DNA of 62,907 nucleotides, the filler included, from Pseudomonadota bacterium (GTDB lineage Bacteria > Bdellovibrionota_F > JAHFAK01 > JBDREC01), in NCBI GenBank assembly GCA_043820105.1. It is 6 parts of 6 records of this genome, joined end to end, with 100 filler letters (N's around TTAATTAATTAA, not from the genome) between each part and the next. Parts side by side here need not be neighbours in the genome. Positions count along the whole stretch, not along the records: positions 16,280 to 21,960 come from JBDREC010000004.1; positions 22,061 to 39,398 come from JBDREC010000005.1; 4 more parts are not named here. One strand, given 5' to 3'. Shown piece by piece: positions 18,401 to 28,916 of this stretch (position 1 is the stretch's first letter; each line of letters opens with the position of its first letter). Position numbers and translations under genes: made by a program. The notes under the pieces were generated by a model, which saw only the letters and a program-made list of their open reading frames with translations, was not told the DNA's origin and ran no database searches.

Positions 18401-19723
18401 ATGTCAAAAAAGATTAGAAGGCTGCTTTTAATAAAACCAGCGTTTAAAAATGGATTATGGGGTATAGATCTTTTTAAAATGCCACCTCTTTCTCTTGTTA
18501 ATATTGGTTCTCTGGTTTTGGAAAATTGTCCCAATTGGGAAGTTGAATTTTTAGATAATGATTTTGAAAAGATAAATTTTAATGGCAATTATGATTTAGT
18601 TGGAATAACAGTGAGCACTTCTTTGGCTAATGCAGCCTATTCAATTGCAGATAAATTTCGTTCAAGTGGTGTTTCTGTAATTTTGGGAGGTATTCACGCT
18701 ACCTTTTGTTTTGAAGAGGCAAAAAAACATGCAGATTGTGTAGTTAAGGGAGAAGCAGAAGAAATTTTTTTACAAGTACTGAGGGACTTTGAAAATAATA
18801 AAATGCATGCTTTTTATGACGGTGGAACCATTAAAGATCTTTCTAGTATTCCAAAACAAAGATTTGAATTAATTGCTAAGTATAACTATTTTGTCCCAAA
18901 TGTTATTCAGGCAACTAGAGGTTGCCCAGGCAAGTGTGCCTTTTGTTCTGCACAAAAATTTAATGGATCTAGGGTTAGATATCTTCCTGTTGATAAGGTT
19001 GTTGAAAATATCAAGAATGTTAAAAAATATGGAAAAAGCTTTTTTGGCCAATTTGGATTATTTTTTGCAGATGATAATATATTTACTAATAAAGAATACG
19101 CCAAGGAATTATTTAAAAAGATTACTCCCCTGAGAATCAGATGGGGTGCGCAGTGTTCTTTAAACATTGCTAAAGATCAAGAGCTATTGACTATGGCAAG
19201 AAAAAGTGGTTGCAGAGCACTTTTGGTAGGTTTTGAATCTATAAATCAAGAAGCCCTGAATGAAGTTAATAAAGGCTATTCTGTGCATGACTATGAAAAA
19301 ATGATTTTCAATATTCACAAAGCAGGTATTGCAGTTGATGCTTCAGTTATTTTTGGTTTTGAAAACGAAGATAAAAATACCATAGAAAAAACAGTGAAAT
19401 ATTTAATTAAAAATGAAATCGAACTTGCACAGTTTTCCATTTTAACACCTTATCCTGGATCTAAGCTATATGATAGTCAGGTAAAGCAATCTAAAATAAA
19501 AATATGGGATTGGAATCACTATGATCAATTTCACATGGTGTCTAAACACCACACCTGGTCAATTGATGAGCTTAATGATGGTTTAATCAATGCATATAGA
19601 TCTTTTTATTCAATAAGGTCTATCTTTAAAAGAATGTACAAAAATTTTAAAAGAATGAATTATCATTATGGATTAATAAGCAGTAAGATGAACTTTCAGT
19701 TTAGGAAATTTAATCCTAATTAA
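18401..19723 (+). CDS. Cobalamin-binding-domain radical SAM protein
   Basis: ILGGIHAT, VVKGEAE, RGCPGKCAFC (CxxxCxxC), FADDN, GFES, LTPYPGS. Confidence 0.92.
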   Translation: MSKKIRRLLLIKPAFKNGLWGIDLFKMPPLSLVNIGSLVLENCPNWEVEFLDNDFEKINFNGNYDLVGITVSTSLANAAYSIADKFRSSGVSVILGGIHATFCFEEAKKHADCVVKGEAEEIFLQVLRDFENNKMHAFYDGGTIKDLSSIPKQRFELIAKYNYFVPNVIQATRGCPGKCAFCSAQKFNGSRVRYLPVDKVVENIKNVKKYGKSFFGQFGLFFADDNIFTNKEYAKELFKKITPLRIRWGAQCSLNIAKDQELLTMARKSGCRALLVGFESINQEALNEVNKGYSVHDYEKMIFNIHKAGIAVDASVIFGFENEDKNTIEKTVKYLIKNEIELAQFSILTPYPGSKLYDSQVKQSKIKIWDWNHYDQFHMVSKHHTWSIDELNDGLINAYRSFYSIRSIFKRMYKNFKRMNYHYGLISSKMNFQFRKFNPN

Positions 19724-20805
19724 ATTCTATCTCTGTCTTGAAAATATTTGCTTACATCATTAATTAAGGCACTCTTATCAGTGCTCCATTCCAGACACTG
19801 GTTTTCACTTATTTTAACATCATTTTGTGGATCAAAATTATTTTTTTCAAGGATGTTATATCTTAAAACATGCTTTTTTCTTTTTTGATATCCATGCCAA
19901 AAATGATAACAAGTACTGTCTAGATAATAGATAGAGCCATTTACAGCGTTGTAAACCACATTAAACCAGTTAGAAAAATCAAGTTTTAAGGATTCTACTC
20001 TTGAGATTGCAAGAGAATGATATTTGTTTCCGATCATAGCATTTGCCATGACAGTATCACCGCCTCCTACTATGCACCTATCATAAAAAAGCATCTTTAA
20101 TAGCACCTCTTTTCTGAAACACCAGCAAAGCCCAGGATTATAATAAGATTTATTATTTGATCCAATTATATATTTTCTGATGTAATTGAAAAGGCCTGCT
20201 TTAATAAAAAAGTATTGGCCCCAATAGAAAAGCTTTGGATTAATTTTATCTCTTTGAAAAAAAGAAAAGATAAACTTAGCTTGAGGTTTTGCTTTTTTAT
20301 CATGCTTTTTGGAACTGATGTAATAATGTGCAAAACTGTATTTGAAATTGCCTTCTTCTTTTCCTGGTTTAATTGTTTTGTTTATTAAAGAGGGAGCATA
20401 ATTGGCTGGCGATTTGTCTTTCTTCATTAATATGGCATATTTGAAAGGTTGTATTGCTTTGTGCTTTTTTAGAGCCTCAATACTTTTGCTTATCCAATTC
20501 TTATCATTTATGACTATATCACAGTCAATTGCACAGACATATTTGCAGGTTTTAGGAAGTTTGTTTAAGGCAATGTTAAGAAATCTTTCTTTTTGCCAAA
20601 GAACAGAGTCTGATTTTAGTTGAATCAATATCTCAGCATCTTTTTCTTTTATAAGCTGAAATGATTTGTTTGTTTTTGCTAGCTCAATAGTTATCAGTTG
20701 AAGGCCCTGTTTTTTGCTGTTTTCTCGAAATATCTGATAGTTTTTATATCGGATATCATTTTTAGAATAAGAAAAATATGTTGTGATTCCCCAAAAAGAT
20801 TCCAT
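19720..20805 (-). CDS. Glycosyltransferase-like hypothetical protein
   Basis: LWQKERFLN, IDCD (DxD), IVGGGD and HFWHG motifs; cotranscribed with wzt. Confidence 0.6.
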   Translation of the reverse strand: MESFWGITTYFSYSKNDIRYKNYQIFRENSKKQGLQLITIELAKTNKSFQLIKEKDAEILIQLKSDSVLWQKERFLNIALNKLPKTCKYVCAIDCDIVINDKNWISKSIEALKKHKAIQPFKYAILMKKDKSPANYAPSLINKTIKPGKEEGNFKYSFAHYYISSKKHDKKAKPQAKFIFSFFQRDKINPKLFYWGQYFFIKAGLFNYIRKYIIGSNNKSYYNPGLCWCFRKEVLLKMLFYDRCIVGGGDTVMANAMIGNKYHSLAISRVESLKLDFSNWFNVVYNAVNGSIYYLDSTCYHFWHGYQKRKKHVLRYNILEKNNFDPQNDVKISENQCLEWSTDKSALINDVSKYFQDRDRI

Positions 20806-21480
20806 TTAGTTGCTGCCCTTGTTCAAACAAATTGTTTTATTACATAATTTTTTTAACAACTCAGGATCATGGCTGACAATTGCTACGATCTTATTTTTAG
20901 CTTTAATGATATTCTTTATTTTTTCTTTGCATTTGAGTTTAAATTCCTGGTCACCTACAGAAAACACTTCATCAATTAATAAAATATCAGGATCAATATT
21001 AATTGCTATTGAAAAACCAAGTCTAGAGTACATGCCAGAAGAATACGTCCTAAGGGGTTGATAAATAAAATCACCTAGGTCTGCAAATTCTATTATATTA
21101 GGTAGCAATGCTTTAATTTTATTTTGTGACAAGCCATGAATTGCACCATTTAATAAAATATTTTCAAAGCCACTTAAATTTTTCTCAAAACCAGAACCAA
21201 TAGAAAGCAATAAAGGTTTTCCTTGAACAGAGATTTTGCCTTCATCTGGGCGATAGATTTTACCAATTAAGCGTAAAAGAGTTGTTTTTCCTGAACCATT
21301 TTTTCCTTTTATTCCAAGAGTATCTCCTGCTTTTAAGTCTAGGTTTATGTTTTTTAAGGCCCAAAAAACCTTTTTTTGTGGTGCTTGAAAGCAGTCGAAA
21401 AGCTTGTGTTTTATACTTCTTTGCCTGGTATTGTCTAAAATATATTTTAAACCAACATTATCAAGTTTAACGCTTACCAT
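20806..21480 (-). CDS. wzt: Polysaccharide ABC exporter ATP-binding subunit (Wzt/TagH-like)
   Basis: GKNGSGKTT, YSSGM.SRLGFS, LLIDEVFSVGD..F..KC. Confidence 0.9.
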   Translation of the reverse strand: MVSVKLDNVGLKYILDNTRQRSIKHKLFDCFQAPQKKVFWALKNINLDLKAGDTLGIKGKNGSGKTTLLRLIGKIYRPDEGKISVQGKPLLLSIGSGFEKNLSGFENILLNGAIHGLSQNKIKALLPNIIEFADLGDFIYQPLRTYSSGMYSRLGFSIAINIDPDILLIDEVFSVGDQEFKLKCKEKIKNIIKAKNKIVAIVSHDPELLKKLCNKTICLNKGSN

Positions 21481-21482
21481 AT

Positions 21483-21960
21483 TTATAATATCTTTGCATA
21501 GTTGTGTTCATATTTTGAGATTAAATTAAATCCAATTACCATGAGACCTATCGAAAAGCACAATAGAATGGATAGTGAAAATAAATCAGGCATTTTATTG
21601 TATAAAATGGTGTTTCTGTAAGCTGTAAATAAAATAGTAAAGGGATTTAGTTTGAAAAGCCATAATATACTGCTAGGCACCTCATTAATAGAATAAAGGC
21701 CTGGTGATAGAAAAAACCAGAACCTTAAAATATGTGTAAGGAGGTTGCTTGTGTCTTTTGCATAAACATTAAAGTGAGCAAGAATAGTTCCAATACCAAG
21801 GCCAAATAATAATTGAACTATAAGGATATAAGGAAAAAATATAATATTAAATCCAATTTGTATTTTATATAAAGCCAGAAGTATTGCTAAAATTAAAAGG
21901 CCAAAGAAAAAACTAAGAGTATTAGACAGGATGGGAATTATAGGGAAAATTACTTTTGGC
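21483..21960 (-). CDS. wzm: Polysaccharide ABC exporter permease (Wzm-like), 5' partial
   Basis: Frame open to the linker: PKVIFP...FNVYAKDT...WFFLSPGLYS...LNPFT....YR. Confidence 0.85.
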
Positions 21961-22060
21961 NNNNNNNNNNNNNNNNNNNNNNNNNNNNNNNNNNNNNNNN
22001 NNNNTTAATTAATTAANNNNNNNNNNNNNNNNNNNNNNNNNNNNNNNNNNNNNNNNNNNN
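21961..22060. other. Artificial contig linker
   Basis: N44-TTAATTAATTAA-N44. Confidence 0.98.
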
Positions 22061-22084
22061 TTAATACTTTTTATATTATTATGT

Positions 22085-22189
22085 ATACTGAATACTGAAT
22101 ACTGAATACTGAATACTGAATACTGAATACTGAATACTGAATACTGAATACTGAATACTGAATACTGAATACTGAATACTGAATACTGA
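22085..22189 (+). repeat. Heptamer tandem repeat (ATACTGA)x15
   Basis: 15 perfect units followed by degenerate ATACCCA/ATACCAA units. Confidence 0.95.
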
Positions 22190-22312
22190 ATACCCAATAC
22201 CAAAACCATTGGCAATTAAAAAAGATTTTTATTATATTTTTTTCTTGCGTATTCAAATAAAAGATTTTAATTTCACATCATTACATGGCAATCTTTTATG
22301 AAAGGAAGATTC

Positions 22313-22645
22313 ATGACTTTAACTAAAGCAGATATTGTTGACTCATTAGTACAAGAATTAAATGTATCAAGAAAAGACGCTGTAAACTATACAGAGCTTG
22401 TTTTTGAGACAATCAAGGAGACTCTTGAAAGAGGTGATAACGTTAAAATTTCTGGATTTGGAAATTGGAACGTAAGATCTAAACAATCCAGAGTTGGAAG
22501 AAATCCTCAAACAGGACAAGCAATGGAAATATCTTCAAGAAAAGTTGTCACCTTTAAACCTAGTCAGGTGCTTAGAGATGTATTAGCAGGAATCGAAACA
22601 CCTGTAGCAAAAGAAGACCCTGTTGCTGAAAACACAGATTTTTAG
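22313..22645 (+). CDS. ihfA: Integration host factor subunit alpha
   Basis: MTLTKADI, VKISGFGN, GRNPQTG, RKVVTFKPSQVL. Confidence 0.9.
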   Translation: MTLTKADIVDSLVQELNVSRKDAVNYTELVFETIKETLERGDNVKISGFGNWNVRSKQSRVGRNPQTGQAMEISSRKVVTFKPSQVLRDVLAGIETPVAKEDPVAENTDF

Positions 22646-22698
22646 TACTGATTATAACGGATAATACTTTTTACCTTTACAAAGGCCTCTAAATCTAA

Positions 22699-24663
22699 AT
22701 GACTGAAGACAAAAGTGTAAGCTCCTCAAAGCAAGAGAAGCATATTGTATTTTATAATCCACAAAATTTGGATATTTTTGACCCTGACAAACTAGCATGC
22801 CAAGTAAAAACAGTTCTTAATGAAAAAGAAATATTGGATAATAAAAATTTAAATTTTATTTTATTATCTTTAGCTAATTACCCTGAACAGCTTATTGACT
22901 TCTTTATTGAGAATGATCTTCTAAAGAAAACAATCATTATATCAGATGAACTAGAATCAGAAGATTTTACAAAATTATTTCAAAAAGGATTATATACTTT
23001 TACTGGCTCAAAAAATTCTCATCTTTTGATTCAAAACGAGATTATAAAATTAAGTTCTGCAATAAAACCAATGAATTCCCAAGAGAAAATAAATCTTCTC
23101 ACAGAGCTCAATACAATTGGAGTTGCCCTTTCATCTGAAAGAGACATTCATTCTCTAATGGATCTCATTTTAACAGAAACAAGAAACATTACTCAAAGTG
23201 ACGCTGGAAGTATCTATCTTAAATCTGAAAAAAATCCGAACCTTTATCCGGAAGATGAAAAGCTTATAGGAATTGAAACCGGGGCTTCTATACTTCGTTT
23301 TAAAACAGCTCAATCTGATTCTATGAAGATTAATCTTCAAGAATATCCTTTGCCTCTAGATTTAAAGAGTATTGCTGGCTTTGTTGGAATTACAGGATCA
23401 GCCTTAAATATTAAAGATGCATACCAGATGGACCCAAATCTTCCGATTCAGCATAATGATGAATTTGATAGACAGATGAATTATATAACCCGTTCTGTCT
23501 TAGCAATTCCAATGAAAAATAGAACAGGCGAAGTAATTGGTATTATCCAACTAATTAATAAAAAAGACAGCACTAAGGTAAGGTTACCTCAAGATGAAAT
23601 AAAAAATTATCTAAATTCAGATAAGAAAATAAATCCTTCATCTGAATTATTAAAACCATATGTTTTCAGCTTTGATGATAATGACATTGAAATTGCTTTA
23701 TCAATTGCCTCTCAAGCTGCTGTAGCACTTGAAACAGCAATACTTTATGAGCAAATTCATTCGTTGTTTGAAAATTTTATTGAAACTATGGGTGATGCAA
23801 TTGATAGAAGAGATACTGTTACTTCTGGTCATTCAAAACGTATGGCTCAATATGCTTTAAAAATTGCAGCTGCTATAAACACTTCGGATAAGGCTCCTTA
23901 TAAAAATGTATTTTTTACAGCTGATGAATTAAGATCACTAAAATATGCAGCACTACTTCACGATGTTGGAAAAATTGGGGTTCCAGATAGTGTTATGAAT
24001 AAACGTACGCGCCTACCAGATGGCCAAGAAGATACAATTGTAAATCGCTTAAAACTTATAGACATTATATCAAAACGGTCACACACAAAAGCATCTGATA
24101 TTAATGAATATAGTTTTGAAATATTATCACTAATAGAGAATGTAAAAAAATGGAATATTGCTGATTTCATTCCAGATGATGCAAAAAAAGAAATTCAAAG
24201 TTTTAATGGAAAAGAAATAATTGACCTTGATGGTCTGCCACTTCCTTACTTAACAAATGAAGATGCTGAGAATCTTTCAATTAAAGCTGGAACATTAAAT
24301 GCAGAAGAAAGAAAAATAATTGAAGGCCATATGAATCATACAATTGGTATTTTATCAACAATTCCATGGCCAAAAGAACTAGGAAAAATTCCAGAAATCG
24401 CTGGAAGCCATCATGAAAGAATTGATGGATCAGGTTATCCAAATGGCTTAGATGCTTCCCAAATCCCACTTGAAGGAAAAATTCTAGCAGTTGTTGATAT
24501 TTTTGAAGCAATTACAGCTCATGACAGACCATATAAACCCCCTATGCCAATAGCTAAAGCCCTTAGTATTCTAAAAATGGAAGCTGAAAATAATAAACTT
24601 GATAAAGATATTGTAAATATTTTTATTGAAGAAAAGCTTTATGAAGATGTGATTGCAAATTAA
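22699..24663 (+). CDS. GAF + HD-GYP phosphodiesterase
   Basis: GAF (DAGSIYL, IIQLINKK), LLHDVGKIG, HHERIDGSGYP, DIFEAITA.DRPYK. Confidence 0.9.
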   Translation: MTEDKSVSSSKQEKHIVFYNPQNLDIFDPDKLACQVKTVLNEKEILDNKNLNFILLSLANYPEQLIDFFIENDLLKKTIIISDELESEDFTKLFQKGLYTFTGSKNSHLLIQNEIIKLSSAIKPMNSQEKINLLTELNTIGVALSSERDIHSLMDLILTETRNITQSDAGSIYLKSEKNPNLYPEDEKLIGIETGASILRFKTAQSDSMKINLQEYPLPLDLKSIAGFVGITGSALNIKDAYQMDPNLPIQHNDEFDRQMNYITRSVLAIPMKNRTGEVIGIIQLINKKDSTKVRLPQDEIKNYLNSDKKINPSSELLKPYVFSFDDNDIEIALSIASQAAVALETAILYEQIHSLFENFIETMGDAIDRRDTVTSGHSKRMAQYALKIAAAINTSDKAPYKNVFFTADELRSLKYAALLHDVGKIGVPDSVMNKRTRLPDGQEDTIVNRLKLIDIISKRSHTKASDINEYSFEILSLIENVKKWNIADFIPDDAKKEIQSFNGKEIIDLDGLPLPYLTNEDAENLSIKAGTLNAEERKIIEGHMNHTIGILSTIPWPKELGKIPEIAGSHHERIDGSGYPNGLDASQIPLEGKILAVVDIFEAITAHDRPYKPPMPIAKALSILKMEAENNKLDKDIVNIFIEEKLYEDVIAN

Positions 24664-24680
24664 ACAAAGACCCTTACTTT

Positions 24681-25628
24681 CTACCTTGCCAAATCAATAA
24701 TAAAATCCTTCATCTCAAATTCAGAATTATTGGGCCTGCTTTTTAGATTAATATCTATTTGAGAAAGACTTGAAATGGCTTTAAAAAGCTTATCATTTGA
24801 AAAATTTGCAGCCTGGCTAATATAGTTTTTAGCATAAAATGGATGAACTCCTACTTTTCCTGCGATTGATGATGAATCATTTGATATTTTTAAATATGCT
24901 TTTATTTTAATTAATATTCTTATATGCCGAGCAACCATTGTTAAGATTTTTAGTGGATGTTCATTATCTCTTCTTAAATTTGAAAGTAGCTTTAAAGCTT
25001 TTTTAATATCCTTATTTCCAATACTATCTGTAAATTCGAAAATATTAGCAGCCTTAGCTGAAGCCATTCCGCCTTCAAGGTCAGTTAAAGTTATAGTATC
25101 AGCATCGGAGTTAAAAATAGAAGCTTTTTCTAGCTCATTATTTATTTTTATTAAATCATTACCTAATATTTCCAGTAAATATCTAGCAGCTTGTGGATCA
25201 ATTTTCTTTTTAAAACCCTTGGCTATTTCACCAATATAAGGATAGATATCTTTTTCTTTGACTAAATTGCATTCAATAACCTTACCGTGCTTTTTAAAAC
25301 TTGAAAAAAGCTTGCCTCTTTTATCAAGCTTTGTAGCAATAAATACAAGAGTAACATTTTCAATGCCAGCTTGTATAAGATCAATCAATTTTTTTAAATC
25401 AGCTTCTTTTAGTTTAGCACTTATAGTTCCAATTAGTAAACGATTAGAACTAAACAAAGATGGAGAAGAGGCTTCAAATAAAAATTCATCAATATAGTTT
25501 GTTTTATCAAGACCATATCTAAGAATATCATCTGCTTGATACTCAAAAGATAAAATTATACTTTTTAAGTTTTTATTTACTAAATATTGTTCTGCACCAT
25601 GTAATAGATATATTTTATTTGTATTCAT
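24681..25628 (-). CDS. holA: DNA polymerase III delta subunit
   Basis: YLLHGAEQYL, SLFS..RL, LDKR, NELEK, NIFEF.D.I, GVHPF, ID..LK. Confidence 0.88.
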   Translation of the reverse strand: MNTNKIYLLHGAEQYLVNKNLKSIILSFEYQADDILRYGLDKTNYIDEFLFEASSPSLFSSNRLLIGTISAKLKEADLKKLIDLIQAGIENVTLVFIATKLDKRGKLFSSFKKHGKVIECNLVKEKDIYPYIGEIAKGFKKKIDPQAARYLLEILGNDLIKINNELEKASIFNSDADTITLTDLEGGMASAKAANIFEFTDSIGNKDIKKALKLLSNLRRDNEHPLKILTMVARHIRILIKIKAYLKISNDSSSIAGKVGVHPFYAKNYISQAANFSNDKLFKAISSLSQIDINLKSRPNNSEFEMKDFIIDLAR

Positions 25629-25718
25629 AAGCTAACTTTTGGCAAATCAAAGCAAAATATGCAAGAAAGAAAAAAAACATTGCATTTCATTCTAAATTCT
25701 ATTATTCCAGTCGCCATT

Positions 25719-26237
25719 ATGAAAAAAACTATTTTATATTATATTATTTTGATGATGTTTATATCAATATCAGTTTATTCTAAACCTTATTTCAACATTA
25801 AAGCTGGGGGTTTATATTCAATTTCCAATGAAGCAAGTGATCATTCAATTATTTCTTCCATTGGAATTTCCACAGGGTCAAAAAGAAACAGTGAGTTTTT
25901 AGGTCTTGAAATAAATGCTGGTCTTGATCCTGGTGAAGTCTCTGCATTTAGGTACATGACAATCAATGCAGCCTATACTTTTATTCCATGGAATCTACTT
26001 GTCTTTAAAGTTGGTCTAGGTGCAGCTGGAGCTAGAGCAGTAATTGATTCTCAAACATTCACAACTGGACCATATTTAAATGCAATATCCACAATAGGTG
26101 GACTTGGCTTGAATTTTGAGTTGTTGAGACATTATTTATGGTTACAAGTTCTAGGAGAATATATTGCAATTTGGGACTTAGATTTAAATAGAGATTTTGA
26201 TCTATTTTTAGTTAGTCTTCAACTTTCATTCTTTTAA
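25719..26237 (+). CDS. Hypothetical outer-membrane beta-barrel-like protein
   Basis: Signal peptide, amphipathic strand pattern, terminal Phe. Confidence 0.6.
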   Translation: MKKTILYYIILMMFISISVYSKPYFNIKAGGLYSISNEASDHSIISSIGISTGSKRNSEFLGLEINAGLDPGEVSAFRYMTINAAYTFIPWNLLVFKVGLGAAGARAVIDSQTFTTGPYLNAISTIGGLGLNFELLRHYLWLQVLGEYIAIWDLDLNRDFDLFLVSLQLSFF

Positions 26238-27401
26238 AGCTTCAATACCAGGCAACTTTTTTCCTTCAATAAATTCCATGGAAGCACCACCACCAGTTGA
26301 AATATGATTCATTCTGTCTTGAACACCTGCTTTATTAATCGCAGAAACTGAATCACCACCACCAATTACTGAAATGGCATTTGATGCAGCTAAAGCTTTT
26401 GCAATACTCAAAGTACCATTTGCAAAGGCTTCATTTTCAAAAACACCAACTGGTCCGTTCCAAAAAACTGTTGCAGAATTATTTATAATATCTTTATAAA
26501 GTTCAACTGTTTTTTCTCCAATATCAAGTCCCATGAAGTCTTTTTCAATACATGTACCTTCTGTTTTTATAATTTCTGTTGTATCTTTAATAGATTTTGA
26601 AATCACATGATCAAGAGGAAGAACAATTCTCTTATTTAAATCAGCAGCTTTTTTCATAATAATTTTTGTAAGTTCTAGTTTGTCATCTTCAACTAAAGAA
26701 TTGCCAACTTCAACACCTTGTGCCTTTAAAAAAGTATAAGACATAGCTCCACCAATGCAAATAACATCAGCAATATTTAATAAATTTTCAATTACTGTAA
26801 TTTTATCAGAAACCTTTGCTCCACCTAAAATTGCACAAAAAGGTCTTTCTGGATTTTCTAATATTTTACCTAGATAATCCATCTCTTTTTTTATTAATAA
26901 ACCACATCCTTTGTTTTCAACAAACTTTGTTATTCCAGCAACAGATGCATGAGCTCTGTGAACTGTTCCAAAAGCATCTGAAATAAATATATCTATGCCC
27001 TTTGCAAGTTCCTTTGAAAAACCTTCATCATTATCAGTTTCACACTTATCAAACCTTAAGTTTTCTAGTAAATAAATCTGTCCTTCATTTAGATCTTCTT
27101 TTACAGCTTCAACATCATCACCAATAGTTAAACCATTAAATAAAACTTCTTTATTTAAAAGTTCAGAAAGTCTTTTTGCTACAGGTCCTAAGCTCATTTC
27201 TGCAACAATCTTCCCCTTAGGTCTTCCCAGGTGAGACGCCAAAACCAGTTTTGCATTATTTTCAAGCAAGTAATTTATTGTAGGTAAACTCGCTTTAATC
27301 CTGGTATCATCAGAAATGATCCCATCTTTAATAGGAACATTAAAATCAACCCGAAGAAATACAAGTTTCCCCTTGAATTCAAAGTCTTTTAAAGTTTTCA
27401 T
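26226..27401 (-). CDS. pgk: Phosphoglycerate kinase
   Basis: RVDFNVP, ASHLGRP, LLENLRF, GGAKVSDK, HISTGGGAS. Confidence 0.98.
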   Translation of the reverse strand: MKTLKDFEFKGKLVFLRVDFNVPIKDGIISDDTRIKASLPTINYLLENNAKLVLASHLGRPKGKIVAEMSLGPVAKRLSELLNKEVLFNGLTIGDDVEAVKEDLNEGQIYLLENLRFDKCETDNDEGFSKELAKGIDIFISDAFGTVHRAHASVAGITKFVENKGCGLLIKKEMDYLGKILENPERPFCAILGGAKVSDKITVIENLLNIADVICIGGAMSYTFLKAQGVEVGNSLVEDDKLELTKIIMKKAADLNKRIVLPLDHVISKSIKDTTEIIKTEGTCIEKDFMGLDIGEKTVELYKDIINNSATVFWNGPVGVFENEAFANGTLSIAKALAASNAISVIGGGDSVSAINKAGVQDRMNHISTGGGASMEFIEGKKLPGIEALKE

Positions 27402-27459
27402 TAGATTTCCTTTCAAAGATTACACCGCACACCGTACGCTGTACGCTGTACGCCGTTCG

Positions 27460-28464
27460 CTACAGGCTTTTCCCAACCAATTCAGTTAAATCAACCATTC
27501 TAACAGAATATCCCATTTCATTATCATACCAGCTCATGACTTTAACTGTATTTCCATTTGAAACATAGGTTGTACCAGAATCATAAATTGATGATAAGTG
27601 TGATCCATTAAAATCAATAGAAACCAGGCTTTCATCAGAATATCCTAAATAACCTTTAAGTTCACCTTCAGCTGCTTCTTTAAAAGCTGCATTTACTTGA
27701 TCAACTGTTACATCTTTTTCAAGCACAGCAACAAAGTCTACAACAGAAACGTTTGGAGTTGGAACTCTCATTGCTAATCCATCAATTTTTCCTTTCATTT
27801 CTGGAATTACAAGCCCAACAGCTTTAGCTGCACCAGTTGTTGTTGGAATCATTGAAATAGCAGCAGCTCTTGCTCTTCTTATATCACTATGTGGAAAATC
27901 AAGAATTCTTTGATCATTTGTATAGGCATGAATTGTTGTCATTAAACCATTTTTAATACCAAAATTATTGTGCAAAACTTTAACAACAGGTGCCAAACAG
28001 TTAGTTGTACAAGATGCGTTAGAAATAATATGATGTTTTTCAGGATCATAAAGCTCATCATTAACACCAAGAACAATAGTTATATCTGGGTCTTTAGCAG
28101 GAGCTGAAATCAATACCTTTTTAGCGCCAGCATCAATATGTTTTTGACAAGTTGCCTGATCTCTAAAAAGCCCAGTAGATTCACACACAATGGAAACTCC
28201 AAGCTCAGCCCATGGCAATTCAGCAGGATCTTTTTGTGCGAAAATCTTAATTTCTTTTCCATTAACAATAATACTGTTTGCTGTGTGATCAACCGTGCCA
28301 TTAAACCTACCATGAACAGAATCATATTTAAACAAATGTGCAAGTGTTTTTGAATCAGTCAGATCATTAATAGCAACAACATTAACATCTGCTCTTGTCA
28401 TAGCAACTCTTAAATAAGCTCTGCCAATTCTACCAAATCCATTAATAGCAACATTAATACTCAT
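27460..28464 (-). CDS. gap: Glyceraldehyde-3-phosphate dehydrogenase (type I)
   Basis: [26 protein letters not shown]. Confidence 0.98.
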   Translation of the reverse strand: MSINVAINGFGRIGRAYLRVAMTRADVNVVAINDLTDSKTLAHLFKYDSVHGRFNGTVDHTANSIIVNGKEIKIFAQKDPAELPWAELGVSIVCESTGLFRDQATCQKHIDAGAKKVLISAPAKDPDITIVLGVNDELYDPEKHHIISNASCTTNCLAPVVKVLHNNFGIKNGLMTTIHAYTNDQRILDFPHSDIRRARAAAISMIPTTTGAAKAVGLVIPEMKGKIDGLAMRVPTPNVSVVDFVAVLEKDVTVDQVNAAFKEAAEGELKGYLGYSDESLVSIDFNGSHLSSIYDSGTTYVSNGNTVKVMSWYDNEMGYSVRMVDLTELVGKSL

Positions 28465-28595
28465 AATTTACCTCCAATATGTAAAATAATTATTAGATTT
28501 TAATATGTTTGTCCAAAATCAAGCGTTCAAATATCAGAAAGCACAATATGAGTCAAATTTATTCGGCAAAAACAATAGGCGACATTTATTTTTTA

Positions 28596-28812
28596 TGAAA
28601 AGGAAGGGGTATTTAACTCAAAAAAAGTGTATCGGAGCCGCGCTAGCCGGTTTTTCCTAGTAGAAGTTAAATGAAATTAGTATATATAAATGAATGTAAT
28701 TCTTTAATTTCATTTTACTTATACTTGGAAAATAGCGCGGCGAGACCAAGGGCAAAATTTCGCTGGAAATTTTGACCCGTCTTTTTTTGAGTTAAATACC
28801 CCTTCCTTTTCA
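28596..28812. mobile_element. MITE-like element with perfect 32-bp terminal inverted repeats
   Basis: TGAAAAGGAAGGGGTATTTAACTCAAAAAAAG (28596-28627) is the exact reverse complement of 28781-28812; nested internal inverted repeats; non-coding. Confidence 0.75.
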
Positions 28813-28916
28813 AAATCAGGCAAGGTGCCCACCTTTTTTCCTTGTAATTTATTTTGTCTTTTTATACTCATATTAGCTCCAAACGCATTAAATCGTTCTT
28901 TATTAGGAGGTATTTT

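Noticed and set aside
15864-19723. B12 radical SAM and reductase as maturases of the CxxG peptide
   Set aside because: A linker separates them, so proximity is not evidence; the radical SAM also shows no SPASM or RRE domain.
22009-22256. ORFs with IQYSVFS repeats, or a CRISPR array
   Set aside because: They are translations of the 7-bp tandem repeat; there are no spacers and no cas genes in the window.
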